Below are positions 13,231 through 29,200 of a DNA stretch of 64,000 nucleotides, piece by piece; position 1 is the stretch's first letter; every line of letters starts with the position of its first letter. The notes under the pieces were generated by a model, which was not told the DNA's origin, made no database searches, and saw only the letters and a program-made list of their open reading frames with translations. The translations under genes were made by a program, and so were the position numbers. This DNA is from Veleropilina oligotropha (lineage: Eukaryota), in NCBI GenBank assembly GCA_048128005.1, contig JBEUKZ010000125.1, positions 310,001 through 374,000 on the forward strand, written 5' to 3'.

Positions 13231-14001
13231 CAGTGGCCTTTACGCCACAACGCCCGGGCTTGCACATTATTTTCAGATTTTTTTTTTTTTGTAAAAGATT
13301 TTCGGGCGTAAAGCATTTTTGCTACTTTTTAATGCTACTTTGTTCGTGCTTCTGCAGCATTATTGCTATTCTTGCATAAAGAAAGACAAAAACCGCCCCG
13401 AAATAGGCGTTATTTAGATGCTAATTTAATACTCGCTCGGTAAATTACAGTTTGTTTCATGGCGGTATATACTATATAAAATTGTATGAAAAACTTAACT
13501 TTTCTTATGTATTTCCCTTAAAAGGTGCCAGAGTGGACCATTTGATGTCTAGGTTTCAAAAAATTATGGGGGGGGGGGGATGCCCCCAGACCCCCCTACC
13601 GGGTTCGCACCTCCGGTGCTCAATTCTTCAAACGGGCTTGCAGAGGCGTCGGAGCTGGGGCGGCGGCCGCCCCCCCCCCAATATTTCTGCCAGAAACGAA
13701 AATATTTTTTTAATTTTCTGCTCTCCAAACTAGAAATTTTGAGGCAAAAAAAATGTCAATTTTTGTCCTAGAATGCAGGAGAACGCTTCTCAGAGCGTCT
13801 AAATTACAAAAATCTTGGGGGAGCATGCCCCCAAACCCCCTAGATATTCGCGGCCTATGGCCGCTCAATCTTCGCGGCCTTCGGCCGCTCACGTACGTGG
13901 TTCGACCCTCACGCACATAAACATAACATCCGGCTTCCCCAATGGCAAAATCACTCAGACGCCTCTGGCTTGCACATCATTTTCAGCTGGCTACGCCACT
14001 G
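13231..14001. mobile_element. TIR MITE (CAGTGGC...GCCACTG, TSD TCAAT) with a nested TIR MITE at 13641-13967 (CAGAGGCGTC...GACGCCTCTG, TSD GCTTG)
   Basis: TIRs and 5-bp TSDs read directly from the sequence. Confidence 0.75.
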
Positions 14002-14262
14002 TCAATTATATAAGGCCGCTCCAGTAGTCGTGTGGTCTCGTGCAGACAAATCACTGGCTCGATTGTGCTAACTAACAGGACTCTATCCAATACATTATTA
14101 ATATGTTATAACTTATTACATTACATATGATATTTAGGTTACAGATTACGAATGAGAACTATATGTTGTAGTTTTATTTCAGTAAACAAGTTCTACAGGT
14201 GCACTGTTACTTTGACTCCGTTTGATTGGACGTGGTGTTAATTGGCGCCGTCTGATTGGAGG

Positions 14263-17200
14263 ATGAACAATGATGACAAACCATTTGCATGTTCGGCGAT
14301 GGGGTGTGGGATGGTAAGCTATAGTGGTAGGGGAGATAATCCTGCCCACCATATAACGCACAGTGAGAGAGAGAGATTAATTATAAGTATTAGGAATATC
14401 AGGAAAATATATGCATCCAGTGATTTTACTTTGCATATTAAATACTATTTAGGAAGTAATCAATGTAAGCAACTATCACACTTGAATCTTTCAACAACAT
14501 CCAGAAAATGACATGATGAATGACCCACTTCTTATCAGGGCCCCATTTCACAAAAAATCTGACGTGCAGTCGCAAGTCTTAAACTTACGACAATCTTAAG
14601 ATTCTTTTAACACCGTTTCACAAAGGTTGTCGTAAGTTTGTCGCAAGACGTAAATCTTACGACAAACGGAAGATTATCATAATTAACTCTTCAACTGAAA
14701 TGGTTAGAAAAGACTTAGTTACTCTGTCAAAAATTGTTCACGTTCGCACGTATGGTGCAAGAAATATTATAATGCACAATAAAAATGGTAGGATATAAGA
14801 TACAATCTATTCTATGACTATTTACCTAAATTTTAATCTAAAGCTGACTGCCGTCCCAAAATACCTCATTTCAACGTGCCTATTTTCAAAATCTGAATGG
14901 ATTTCTGGTGCATTGTGTGGGGAAACTGGCCGAAAGTAGACTTACCCCGATATCGGTCGTAAGATTTTATTTAAGATTTTTTGTGAAACGCACGTAGGAT
15001 CGCGATGTGGACTTATGACAATCTTACGTCTGAGACCGCACGTATGATTTTTGTGACACGCATGTAGGATCGTGATGTGGACTTACGACAATATTACGTC
15101 TAAGACCGCACATAAGATTTTTTGTGAAACGGGGCCCTGATCACCAAATTTAAGAAGCATCGAACTTGATCAGTGATTTGATGGGAAACCATGTCAGAAA
15201 ACAGACCAGGTGCTGTTATAAAATCATCTGATACAGATGTTTAACCAGAGTCATGATCCAAATACGATTGTAACATTATTAAAATGTGGTAATGACGCTA
15301 ACAGATTCAAATCAAATTTTAAAATTATTTAATTTTTAATCGAAGCTTAGGAATAAAGGGATCTTTTCTGCTGTAATAAAACTTTGTCATCAAATGATAT
15401 AATATTTAGTCAAACGACATGAATTCTTTTTGAAATTACAATTTGTATCTCGTTCATTTTATTTTTCAGCAATTTACGAATGAGGATCACCTGACAGTTC
15501 ACATGAGGAAACATGAGATGTCCCTGGCTCTCAACCTGGGATCAACCCGATCCCCCATGACCCCTTTATTTATTGGTAAATTCTTAGTTGTCAATGTAGC
15601 TATGAAGTTGTGTTTCTATAAAGGTTACCTCTGGGCTGTTTGGTGTGTTTCAAGTTCTAGACATAGAATCCGCGTTTGTGCGTCCGTCCGTACGCCCGTC
15701 CCGGATTTTCTCACATCTTTTTTTGCCATTTAGAGAAATGCGAGATTTCCTAAGCTTTGCAGATGAACTAACCACATCATTGGGTGGATCAAGTTCGAAT
15801 ATTGGAAATTTATTTTTAAAAGTTCTGTTTTTAGCGACTTTTCAGCAATTTTGAACATAGTCTCTGGAAGCATGGATGTGGTTTATTTCTCACATCTTTT
15901 TTTTTCATTAAGAGAAATGCGAGCTTTCTGAAACTTTACAGATGAACTAACCACATCATTGGGTAGATCAAGTTTGAATATTGGGAATATATTTTACAAA
16001 CTTTTATTTTTTTTGGCGACTTCGGTGAATTTGAACATAGCCTCTGGCAGCATGGATATGGTCAATTTCTCACATTGTTTTTTCCATTTAGAGAAATACT
16101 AGGTTTCTGAAACTTTACAGATTTACTATTAAACCACATCATTGGGTATATCAAGTTCGAATATTCTGAACTTATTTTAAAAACTTAGGGTTTTATTGGT
16201 GACTTTTCAGCACTTTTGAACATAGTCTCTGGAAGCATGGATGTGATCTATTTTCTCACAATATTTTTCATATTGAGAATTTCTAGCTTTCTGAAACTTA
16301 ACCGATCAATTAATCACAGCTTTGAAAATATCACACAAGACTAAGTCGAGTGGGTATTATTATTGCGAACAGGAGATAAATGTACGTATCAAGCGGGACG
16401 CCACAGGGTAACATTCTTATTTTCATTTTATTTTACAAAATTCTACTTTATATGCCAAGTAATGAATAATGTCATGTATTCATCGATAATCGATGAATCG
16501 CGATTCCTTGCCAAACGATATGATAATCGATACGCAGAGCATGATATCGATACGCAGAACATAATATCGATACGGAAACGATATTATTCATTTCCCTTAT
16601 TATGCTGTCATCTGAAATTAAAATGCTTGAAGCTTGTGATAACTGTCTCAGACTCGCATTTTAATTCCATTTAGTCATTATTTAATAGCGTTTAAATTAA
16701 TGTCATACCTGTAATGTTAGTTTTTCTGGAAATACCAAATTCGACTGCTTTGGCAAATTACGGATGTTGGCCGAGTTCCACTGATGTTGCGTACACAGTG
16801 ATTGTAGCGAAACAAACCAAAGTTGAAACGTATCATACACAATATTAAATTTGTCATCGCATAAATTTATAAATTAAATAGCTATACCAATAATGTTGCT
16901 GTATATATTTAGTTATAAATTTAGTTATTAATAATGAAATGCCAATTTTACGGTAATAGTGTAGTTTTTCGTGGAAATAACGCGAAAGCTATATCACGTA
17001 CACATTGCGTGTTCTGGTTTTTTAACTAACCGACACGTGGTATTGTAAAAATGTTTTAAAAATAGTTGAAGGAAAGCGGGTTAAAAATAGCAAATTGGCG
17101 TACGAAAATGGATTTACGATGATCTTTGTAACCCAACTACCTTATCGCGGTCATTGTTTATGAACATGATGTATGTATGAGTTTTCGCAAGCTAAACTAC

Positions 17201-20200
17201 TAATAAGTAGTATTTATTACGTATTGTGACTCTTTGTCAATTTTGAAGAATCAAATCGTATCGTTTCATCTGTATCGCGATACATATCGTATCGTAGTAG
17301 ATGCGTATCGTTACACCCCTAACGTCATGTAAATTGTACCTTTAATACAGTTTATTCTAAATGCAAAATAACCTAGATATTTGAAAACCTGAGGAATTGT
17401 TTAGTCATATACATTCATTGTATATGATTGAATTTCAAAGGAATATTTGAAAACACATGATTATTTCCCGCATAAGCGAGATGGTACGAAAACTTAGTCC
17501 AAACTCCACATGACGTCATTTTGACCAATCAGACGTCACGGATTCTGCGAAAATAAAATAATTATTCATATCCACCAATGGTATGCAGTCATTATTATGT
17601 GGGGTTCACACATTCATTCACATGCAGTTTAATAGTAATCTTCTCTCATCAGTAGTGTAATGGATAAGATTGTGGCTCCCAAATCACTCGCCGGGCTTCT
17701 CTGATTAACGAGTGTGGGTTCAAATCCTTGGCGAAACACTTTGTTCAATTAACCGACACAGATGTCCGTAACTGGCCGGTGTGGGCGGGATATCCTGGGC
17801 AACCATGCCTGTCTCCTGCGATAATATGATGATGTCATTGCTATGACCCTGAAGGATGTTATACAATGGGTGGGATATTAGGTATTTATTCATGCCATAC
17901 TGTAAAAGCTGCTAGTTGTTCTGAACCATCGCAAGCTACGATTGAGTTGTTGTGGATATTTCAGATCAGACTCCTACACCATCTAAGTTTCTCAAGTATG
18001 GTGAAGAGATCGGGCTATTTCATGATTTGGGTAAAAACCCTTTCGAAGAGGCATTCAAGAAGGCAGCTGACATTCCAGACACGGGCGAGGTAAACACACC
18101 GGTAAGTAAAATGGCGGAAAATTTAAATTTTATGTTTTCGGTGTCCGACATGGTTCACATTTATCATTGTTAAAAAATGAGGGGGTCTAAACCAAATTCA
18201 ACTAGCCCACATTTTTGGGACACAAAAATCTGCGGTCTCTTGCTATGGTTGTTGTTTACACTTTCATGCACCAAATGCCTGTTTAATTTCATTTTAATCT
18301 CTCAACTATTCTTTCAGTAACAATATTTTAAATAGGCAGATAACAAAAACCAATGTCAGTTTAGAGTAGTGACAGGATAAAAATTGCTCAACAATTCCAA
18401 ACAAAGCATGAAAACAAAGCATTCAGACCGCATTCTATCGTTCTGTGCAGGGTTATTTCTAAAACCAAATATCAGAAAGAGGCAAATGTCAATGATGCCG
18501 CCCGTGTCCGCCACAAAATCGACCTAGTTAAAAACGTAACCGTGAAAACCAGTGTCAACATTCTCCCGGGCACGACTTGGAGAATGCACTTTGGAGTTCT
18601 AGCTGATGTGAACGTTAGGTAACGTAATCCAATGTTATTAATTGAACGACTTTCAAAACAAAATGGTACAAGGTATGTAACTTAAGGAGAGCGGTTGGCT
18701 GGTGTAACATGGCTGCCCGTTGACAAAAAATGTCAGTAATAAATACAAACTCGTTGAATAGCGCTTAATAACAAGTTCAGTTATCACAATAATGTATCGC
18801 AATGTTCATAGTTCTGTTAAGGGCCGCTTCAGCAGCGCAGTGGGTAAGAGTGTCCACTCTAAATTCACTGGCTTGATTCCGCTAATGCGATCAGTGGTGG
18901 GTTCAATACCTGGCTGAGGCATTGACATTTGTTCAAGTTATGAATCACAGTTGTCCGCGACTGGCCGAAGAGGGCGGGTTTACCCGGGCGACTGGGGTTT
19001 CCTCCCGCGATAACACGGACATGTCCTGCCTTGAACCTCGATGTTGTAAATATACAGGACATTATGCATCATTCCTCCCTCCCTAGTTCTGTTAGGTTTA
19101 TTTGTTTGCTTATCTTATTTTAGTTTTTGTGCTCTGCTGTATAATAACAACAACTTTGCCTGGACATCAGGGGAGATAATGTATTTTGCGATGGTTGTGT
19201 TAGGTAAATGCATCATATGCCTAATTCAGGTCATTTTATTCGGTCAAAAGATTTTCTGTGTATATGTTCAATACAAAAGCAATATGGAATTAAAATGCAG
19301 ATGAAAATAAACCACCTTGTATTTGGTAAGTTATTTGTTTACTAAGTGATTATAATGTTACTCCCCAGCCCTTATCAGTGTGTAACTGTTGAGATGACGG
19401 AAGTTGTCAACTGTTGTTCATTATCCCGGAAAGCGTTTGGTTACGTTTTCTTCTGATACGGATGTTGAACTAGTTTTGGTACGAACAAAACATAATTTTT
19501 ATAAAGTGGAATGGGAATAAAAGTCAAAAGAAACAGATTAGCAGCCACCACAAATAAAGATATGGTAATTAAGATGTGAGTTATTTGCGATACTTTCATA
19601 AAGAAATTTTCTCTGCAAACCGAATTGTAAAATCTTAGCTTAAATTAATTCCAAGATTAACGAACTTCGAATTGGCAATAAAACATTTGCTTCTTTAATA
19701 TTGAAAACGGGGAATTCTACAGAAGCACTCTGATCATTGTTGAGCAAGAACAGAAGAATAATCATGTTGATTGTAAATCTCCACAATTTACAAAAACTTC
19801 ATGGCTATTTGTAACGGAACTCCTTATTATAAGTTATAATACAACTAGGCCTAAACATCAACTAATTAATGACAATATGGACATCCGTATGGACTTCTAA
19901 TTTTATCCGCATGGTGTTGATTTCATCCAACAGCTGTCCAATACACGGTTTTATGGGCCCATACTGTAAATACAAAGAATTATCGAAGTACAATTGCACC
20001 TTTGCACAATGTTTTAAACCCGGCTGTTTTAATGATGCATTTGTCGCTTTTTGCGTCCCGTCAGTGCTACAGCACTTTGATTTAGTTATTGAGATAATAG
20101 TTGATAAAATCCTGAGTGGACCTTGTATTATTGTAGGTAATAATAAGGGGAGTAATTCAGTAATAGTCATATTGTCAGCATGGATTTTAAAAGCTGTAAT

Positions 20201-23200
20201 TAGTTTCGGGTAAATGTTTACTGTTGTTTCACAAGATCAAATTCATCTACAGCCTCAGAATCACAGTCTGAATCAGATTTGTAGAGCTTGCATGCTGGAA
20301 GCAGTCATCTTGAAAATTGAGATGGAACGCTATGGCACTAAGAAATTTGTAAAATTGCATAGTGTCATTTTAATATTATCAGCAGTAATGTAAGTAGATA
20401 TGGGATGGTTCATAATGACATTGTCAATTTGATGTATGCCAACGAGATCTCTATCATGATATCAATTACTCAATTTTGAAATAAAAATGTGGGATGGCCC
20501 ACTCTGGTTCTGGCCCTCTCAATTCTGTCTCCATGGACTATTTTGGGATTCTAAAAATGTTCATAAAATAACAGGAGTGTGATTCGCGTACCCTTATTAT
20601 TTAATGTCTATTATAAGTTTTGTAATTTTGTATTATTTTTTAGCTTTTGATATTGATAATTTTTTGCTTGTAACTTTGTAAATATTCCTAACATTGGTCA
20701 ATCGATACAAACCGAGTTACAATCAAAGATTTACGAAACTTGACAATTACAGGCAATGCAACCTTAATATAAAGTCTTTAACTTGCTTTTCACGTGAAAC
20801 CTGTGTTTTAAATGGATGACGTGAAAAGGGACAACACTGAAACCAAAAGATCGATCAGATAGAAAAAACAATAGAGCCTGATTACATTTCAACTGAACGT
20901 ATAATGCGTCCGTAAAACTACCAAGTTCATAAAATTAAAAAATTCAATGACATGTTTCCTGCACTGTATCATGGACTCATTCCAGCTTCATAGTAACAAT
21001 GTGGTGAAATTAACAAATGTTTATATAATTCCTAATATATACATTCTCCAATACAATTCATCCATTTCAGAATCTGCATGTATGGTTGTCATTTCAGATT
21101 ATACCCCTACCGGGCCCTCTTTCGAACAGCGACAATGTACGGACATCGCACGTTCCTCGTTCTCCTTCGAAACTATCGTTGCCACAGAAAACAGCTCAAC
21201 AGTTACAGATCGTGCCCGACGATAGTGACAACGACGAGTTTGTGATAGTCGATGGCACGACTGGCTACAGCATGGAAATGATTAAAATACACACACAGAC
21301 GATTAATAAACCCAGCCAGCCAATAGAAATTCCCAAAACTGACCCTCGCGTGCAAGTGCTGTTGTCGACATCAAAGACTGTGAAAAATTTAATAAATTAC
21401 ACACGATCAAAACCAGCAGTTGCCATGGCGACCAACAATAATAACACAGCCACGAAGAGTGTGCTCCAAACGATTACCTCGGCGTCAATGGGAGCGAAAG
21501 TAACCGCTCCGGTGTAAGTATGATGAAAATATTTTGAAGGACTACAACTCATTGATATAGGCAAAATTTGGTTTTACGGCATATCCTAGTCATATATTTA
21601 CTGTGTTAGTATTTCAATATTGTCCGCGTTTGTTGTATGCTGACCTGGAGAAACAATCAATCAACCTTTAGTCTATTCATATTCTCAGGTCAGAGGTCGA
21701 ATTTGACAGCACAGACGGACAGGACAGGCCACTTGTATTCTATGCTATTCGATGGCAACATCATTGTATGCTAATTGGTTACTGAACAGGAACAATACAT
21801 AGGCGTAGGAAGATGTTGAAAAGTGGGGGGGCAATAGCGAATGGCCGAAGGCCGTGAGCATTGAGGGCCCAAACTTCCTAGAAGGTCTTAGATGCTGTAG
21901 AAGGTAGAAGGTCTTAGATTCGTTTTCCTGCATTCTGGGCTATATATTGACCATTTTATCTGCCTCATAATTGGACAGTTTTGGGAGTCAGGTATGCCTA
22001 CTTCAATAGTGGGGGGGAAAAATCACACTTTTGCCCCCCCACTTTTGAAAGTGGGGGGGAAATTGCCCCCATGCTTCCTAAGCCTATGCAATAGCATTAG
22101 GACTCGTGGGCCATATCTGTCCCCACTTAATAAGTGTTCGAGAGATCTCAGGGGTGCCTAGCTTAGGATCTACTGTATGCATGTATTGGTAATCTAAATC
22201 TTGGCACTAATAATAACAGAATAAATAAAATATGCAATTAACAGATAATGGTTATCCATAACTGGCCTGTGAGGTCAGATTTTCCAGGGTAACTGGGATT
22301 TCATCTCTAGATAATGTGGACGTGTCCTGGTTTGATCCGAAGGATGTTAAAAGTCAATATGGTATAGCTAATTTTCAACAATTAAAGAGGTCAATACAAT
22401 TACGGTTACTATATATTGATGCGTAAAGATGCTTAAAATGAATGTTTAGATCTCAGACATTGCTCGCATCACTTTTTTTATGCGTATCAATCATTTTAAT
22501 TGCAAAAAAAAAGATTTCAAACAAAATTCTTTTTTTTAAATGTCCAAAAAAGAAATCTTATTATGATATAATTTTAATGTCGGTTCTGTTGGACCAAGAC
22601 TGGGAGAGTTTGCCAGTTAATTCATTACGTACCAATTCGTCTTTTGATGTTGTATTTATGTGCTCAGAGTCCCCAATCACCACGTCAAAATACGTGCTAA
22701 ATTCACCCTCGTTAATCCCCAAGCCCATCAAAAGGCTGGCCCGACGTCGCGTGTTACACAGTCGCTGATTTGCGACAGCCAAGAGCTCTCCATACAGCTA
22801 GTGTTATCATTTGACCAATAAAACGATGTCTTTTAAGTCGTGTTTGTCAAGTTCTTTTGTTTTCATTGGCTAGTATAATTTAAGCCAGGCAAACTTCGTG
22901 AAACTGGGTCAAATTGAACATCTTGCCAGACAGTGACATCACACCACGGCGCGCTTTTGTTTACAACTTCAGAATGCAGGACCGACGAACATTTGTCAGA
23001 CTAAAACAGCTAGATGTTACAGTGGAATATTATATCTAGAAAATGTTGAATCAAGATGAACGAAAGAGGATATTAATTAGTCTGGTGATGTGTTTAAGCC
23101 TATACCATATGGATAATACCATACTGTGTGACGCGGGATGAAACCCAAACACGACAAAAACGGATATAAAATGTAGTCGAAAGTTACAGCGATAAAACCG

Positions 23201-26200
23201 CGACAGGAAAGTTTAAGCTGTCATTATCTCGTGTCATATCCATTTTGTTGAATAAAATGAATTATGGAATATTTTGACAAAAATATTGAGCCATTACCAT
23301 AAATAAAAACGAAATTAATGTATCGGTATTAATTTTAGTTTCCCTGTAAGCTTGGGTAAATTCCCTAATTTATCGGCGTATTACTTTCGTTTGGGCCTAT
23401 GTAAAATGGCGATGCATATTTTTATGCATGTATATTCCATGCATTCCAAGTTTTACCATTTTTACTTAAATATTGTTCTAATAATATATAAATTATATTT
23501 CTAGCATGAGGTTTAATCTTTTTAAGCAATGAAAATGCATGCCGCGATCCCGGATCCATAGTTTTTCTTGCAAACCGGGTCGTTCAGTTATTGCGGATTC
23601 GAGGACATCGATGTCACATAATATACATTATTATTATGTCTCGAGACATATTGTTTACACTCCGTTCTCCTCTTTCTCCTTCTCCTTCTCTTTCTCCTCC
23701 TTCCTCGCTTTTCTTGTCCGGACTAGATCTCAGGTCTTATACGTGCCAGCATTATTTCCTTTGGTAAATTAAACCGTCCAGGCATGCCATTGTGTTTTTG
23801 GCAAAATTTCACGAAAACGACTTTCGACTTTGATGTAATGACCTTTGACCCCGAAATCGTGTCCGGCCTGGTTCTCGGAGACTTCAAATCTTATCCTTCT
23901 AATTTCTTTGTAGATGCATGGCACACACCCCAGGCATGTGAAGGGCGCTAAAATTTTGACCTTTGACTTTGGTGCTGTGACCTTGATAAACAATTTCCAT
24001 ATTTGGGCATTTTTAGCTCGACTATTTTCAAATAGTACGAGCTATTGCAGTCACCCTGTCGTCGGCGTCGGCGTCGGCGTTGGCGTCGGCGTCAAACTTC
24101 AGGTTAACATTTTGCATGAAGGGTCTTTTCTCACAAATTTTTTCACACTACACCTTTCAAACTTCATACACTTGTTCAACGTCATTATGCGACCTTACAT
24201 TACAGGCGTAATAAATCTGGCTTCGTTATTTTACCAAATTATTCCCCCTTTTCGACTTAGACAATTCAGGTTAATGTTTTGCATGAAGGGTCTTTTCCCA
24301 CAAATTTTTCACACTACACCTTTCAAACTTCATACACTTGTTCAACGTCATTATGCGACCTTACATTACAGGCGTAATAAATCTGGCTTCGTTATTTTAC
24401 CAAATTATTCCCCTTTTTCGACTTAGACAAGTCAGGTTAATGTTTTGCATGAAGGGTCTTTTCTCACAATTTTTTCACACTACACCTTTCAAACTTCATA
24501 CACTTGTTCAACGTCATTATGCGACCTTACATTACAGGCGTAATAAATCTGGCTTCGTTATTTTACCAAATTATTCCCCTTTTTCGACTTAGACAATTCA
24601 GGTTAATGTTTTGCATGAAGGGTCTTTTCTCACAAATTTTTCACACTACACCTTTCAAACTTAATACACTTGTTCAACGTCATTATGCGACCTTACATTA
24701 CAGGCGTAATAAATCTGGCTTCGTTATTTTACCAAATTATTCCCCTTTTTCGACTTAGACCATTCAGGTTAATGTTTTGCATGAAGGGCCTTTTCTCACA
24801 GTCAACTTCAGGTTAACATTTTGCATGAAGGGCCTTTTCTCACAACGTGTTCACACTACAGCCTTGAAACTTCATACGCTTGTCACATCATAATGCGAAC
24901 TTGCAATACAAGGGCCATAACTCTAGCTTCATTTTTACCAAATTATTTCCATTCATCGATCCAGCTTTTGATAGTCGAGCATGCTGTCCTCTGACAGCTC
25001 TTGTTATATTTTGTTTTCTTAATATTTTTTCGCTAAATGTATTCCTGAGGGTGAGTATATTATATAACAATGTTCAATTTTATAGTTTGGTCGAAGGTAA
25101 AGGTCACAGAGGTCAAAATGTATTTTCCCTAAAACACACCTTGTCCGGGCTAGATCCAGGTCTTTTACATGCCAGCCTGGTTTCCTTTCGTATGTTAAAC
25201 CGCCCTATCATGCCATTGTGTTTTTTGGCTAAAGTTCGCGAAAACGACTTTCGACCTTGATGTTTTGACCTTTGACCCCAGAAATCGTGTCCGGCCTGGT
25301 TCTCGGAGACGTCAAAACTTATCCTTATAATTTCTTTGTAGATGCTTGGCCCACACTTCAAGCATGTGCAGGGCGCTAAAATTTTGTACCTTTGACCTTG
25401 GCACTGTGACCTTGATAAACAATTTCCATATTTGGGCATTTTTATATTTTGTTTTCGTAATTTTTTTTCACCAACTATATAACTCCTGAGGGTGAGTACA
25501 TTATATAACAATGTTCAATTTTGTTGTTCAGTGAAAGGTCAAGGTCACAGAGGTCAAAATATACTTTCTCTAACACACACCTTATCCGGGCTACATCTCA
25601 GGTCCTATACCGGCCAGCATGATTTCCTTTGGTTTGTTAAACCGCCCTATCTTGCCATTGGGCTCTTCGGCAAAATTTTGCGGAAACAGCCTTCGACCTT
25701 GATCTGGTGACTTTTGACCACGCAATCGTGTTAGGCCTGGTTGTCGGTGATGTCAAATCTTATCCTTCTAATTTCTTTGAAGATGCATGGCCCATGAGGG
25801 TGAGTACATTATATAACAAAGGTTCAATTTTGTTGTTCGGTCAAAGGTCAAGGTCACAGAGGTCAAAATGTACTTTCCTGATTCACTCCTTGTCCGGCTA
25901 GATCTCGGGTCCTATACATGCCAGCATGATTTCCTGTGCTATCTTTCCTTAACATGCCATTGTGCAAGGAGGCATAATTTTCCGAAAATGGCCTCTGACC
26001 TTGCCGTAATGACCTTTAACCTACTAAAATTCTTGTCATCTTCATAGGTTCCCATGCCTTGAATGTGTAGGGTGTAAATATTCAGGACATTTGCATAAAT
26101 CCATCTATTTCGTCAAATATATTTATACTTTTCCAGTTCGTGACTTTCCAAACTTCATGAGGGCCTCAATATGGAGTGATTTCTCTTACAAGGGGAGACA

Positions 26201-29200
26201 TATGTTTTGTTCACACAAAAACAACTCTAGTTTATATTAAAAATATCATAATAAATAATAATATATCAATTTAAACATCTGAAACAACAATTTTTGAGCG
26301 TACAGCACCAGAAATCATTGGGGTCAAATCGGGATTTCCCTTGTTCGGGCGATAAAAAATGCAGCCATTTTATGTTAGTGTGCATCGAGTCAAGTTTTCT
26401 GGGTCACGCTGATCTGTATAAAGGTGCTGGCTTTATATTTGACAATAGAGGTTCTTTTCGACATCTTTGAACAATTGATAATTTAAAATGCTATTTTAAC
26501 TTTCCCGATAATTATGTCAACGATATAATAGTTATCCCGACGAAAATACATGCGCTTACAAATCGGGAATTCGCCGTCGCTCAATTCAAAATGGACAAGA
26601 TTTCTATATTAGTGTATATTGCAATAAAACGGACCAGTGAGGTATTTTCATGTTTATTTTACTGAAATTTAGTATATATAAATTATCGTTGAATGTTATT
26701 GACATTTGTAGTGATGAAAACGATATGAAAATGAAATTTTGAATTATTAAAACACTTTTTTCTACTATGAGATTGTGTCTAACTTTTGTGATATTTTAAA
26801 AATGGTAAACACGTGTGATGTTAACTTTGAGCTAATGACCGTACTTACTATTTGCATTCGCTATAATATTACAACATGAATATCATGTTAAATTTTCAAC
26901 TTCACTATTCTTATAAATTTAATATTCCTTTTTAATAAAGAAAATACAAGATAATTATATTGTCACTAAAAATGTTGTATACAAAAATATAACGATAGAG
27001 CGTCCATCCCTCATCACCCATCAAAAAAGTGCCTGAGAATCTAAAAATTATATTTATACATCGTTACAGTGACTACATCTTGATACGTAAATCGTCCATT
27101 TACCTTCCAGAGCCACCTCGACGCTGCTACAGCCGCAGCAGTACGCCACGATGCAGGTGTTTCTGCAGCTGCCGGGCGGACAGACGGTGCCTGTGCAGAC
27201 GTTCACTAACTCACAGGTCGTCACAATGCCCGCTGTCACGCCGCCGGGGACGAAGGCAGTCACACCCATCTCGGCCGCACCCGCATCTACAAACTCAACA
27301 CTGTCTATCACAAAACAAGTATATGTTATAGTAATATATAAATCAACTAAATGTTTCGTAACAAGTAGCCTAATCGTATCCCCGGACAACAGTCGGGAAT
27401 ATTTGTGTTTAATCAACGTTCATCTGCCGCAGAGATTTCTTGTGTGTGGTCTACAGTGAAAATTCGGTATGCTTGTTAGTTATGATGAGGACACGCTGCA
27501 TAAGTATTTTCGTCATTTTCGGTTTTGTTTGGTGCGATTTCTTGTGCTCATTTTACAGAAAAAGTTCTAATCTGATTTGATTCAAATTCGGTTATGATGA
27601 GAACACGCCGCCTAACAATTTTCGTCATTTTCGAATTCAAGATGGCCACCATGGGAGAGGGATACATGCCCTAAACTTGCATGGTCGAGGATTCGCAAGT
27701 TACAGTATACTGTAAATCGACTAAAAATTTTCGTATCGTGTAGCCTAATTTTCGAAAGAGAAATGATGTCAGGAGTACATTTTTTAGTGCCCATCATTGT
27801 GATACGAGTAGAGTATGTCACAATGTTATAAAAGTGCATTCAGTAATAGGATTGTAGCATCAACACATCGGGTAAATCACGATCAAATCGAATAACTGAT
27901 TGCCTGCATAAAAAATATGCGATTATCTCCCCTCATATGCAGAGTTTTTTGACAGTGTATCAGAAAATATTTAATGCCCAGCATTGTTTAAGGCCGCTTC
28001 GACAGTCGTGTGGTTGCGGTTACAGACTCCGAAAAATCACTGGCTTCATTCCGCTGACGGGAACATTAGTGGGTTCGAACCTCGGTTGGAACATAACAGT
28101 ATTTGTTCAAGTTATAAATCACTGTTGTCCATAACTGGTCGCAGAGGGCGGGTTTCTCCAGGCGACCGGGCTTTCCTTCCACAGCAATACGGACATGTCC
28201 TGCTTTGAACTTCAAAGTTGGAAATATACAGGATATTAATCATCGATCCTTTCCTTTCCCAGAATTGTGTTACGTTACAATGTTATGAAATTGCACTCAG
28301 TAATAGGATTATAACATCAACAAATTTTCAAAGTCACAATAAAATCTAATTCCCTGCTCTAATAAGTATGCAATTATCTCCCCTCGTACGCAGAGTTGTT
28401 TTGACAGTACATGTTTATCAAAATTTGACCTGTCTAAAAACGATATTACACCTGTATACTGTAGACACTAATATTAGAAATTGAATATTGCTAAGAATGA
28501 ATCGCTTCACATTTAGTTAAATCGTAATCTTGTTGCAATGGTGATAACATTTGCTATGCCCATTTTGACTTACATTTTTTATCCTCCGCAGAAATATTCT
28601 GCGGGGGATATTAAAATACAGACTGTCCGGTCATGCAAATTTTCTTTTCTGGAGCGTATCTCATATACTGCTCATCATATCTTTATAAAACTTGGTGGAT
28701 GTATTAAGAAATTGGTTGGTACCTTTGCTAGTTTCGACGTTGTTCTGGATTATTGACAGAGTTATTGCCCTTGCTTAAAATTTAAATTTGTTAAAATTAT
28801 CCTTTGTGGGGAGTTTCTATAATCCGCTTGACATATCGTTAAGAAACTTGGTGGGTTTAGTAAGTAGTTGGTGGACTGGTGCTTTTTGTTAATTTCGATA
28901 TGTATTGATTGTTGACAGAGTTATTGCCCTGTTTAAATTCTTTAAAATTAACTTTTCTGGAGCGTCTCTCATGAACCGCTCGACAGATCTTTACGAAACT
29001 TGTTGGGTGTATTAAGTAGTTCGTTATGTGGTGTCATTTGCTAATTTTATTGTTGTGCAGAGATTATAGTGACATAGTTATTGCCCTTGTAATTATTTAA
29101 AACAAATAATATGCTTATTCTAATGTAGCTCCAAGAACATAAAAGCGTATTGTAATGGTGAATGTGCCATTACGGAGGATAATTATGTCTCTTTTTTCTT

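Noticed and set aside
19862..20213. Overlapping antiparallel ORFs of 102 and 114 aa in an ATF2 intron
   Set aside because: No recognisable domain; possibly a decayed transposon fragment but not supportable from sequence alone
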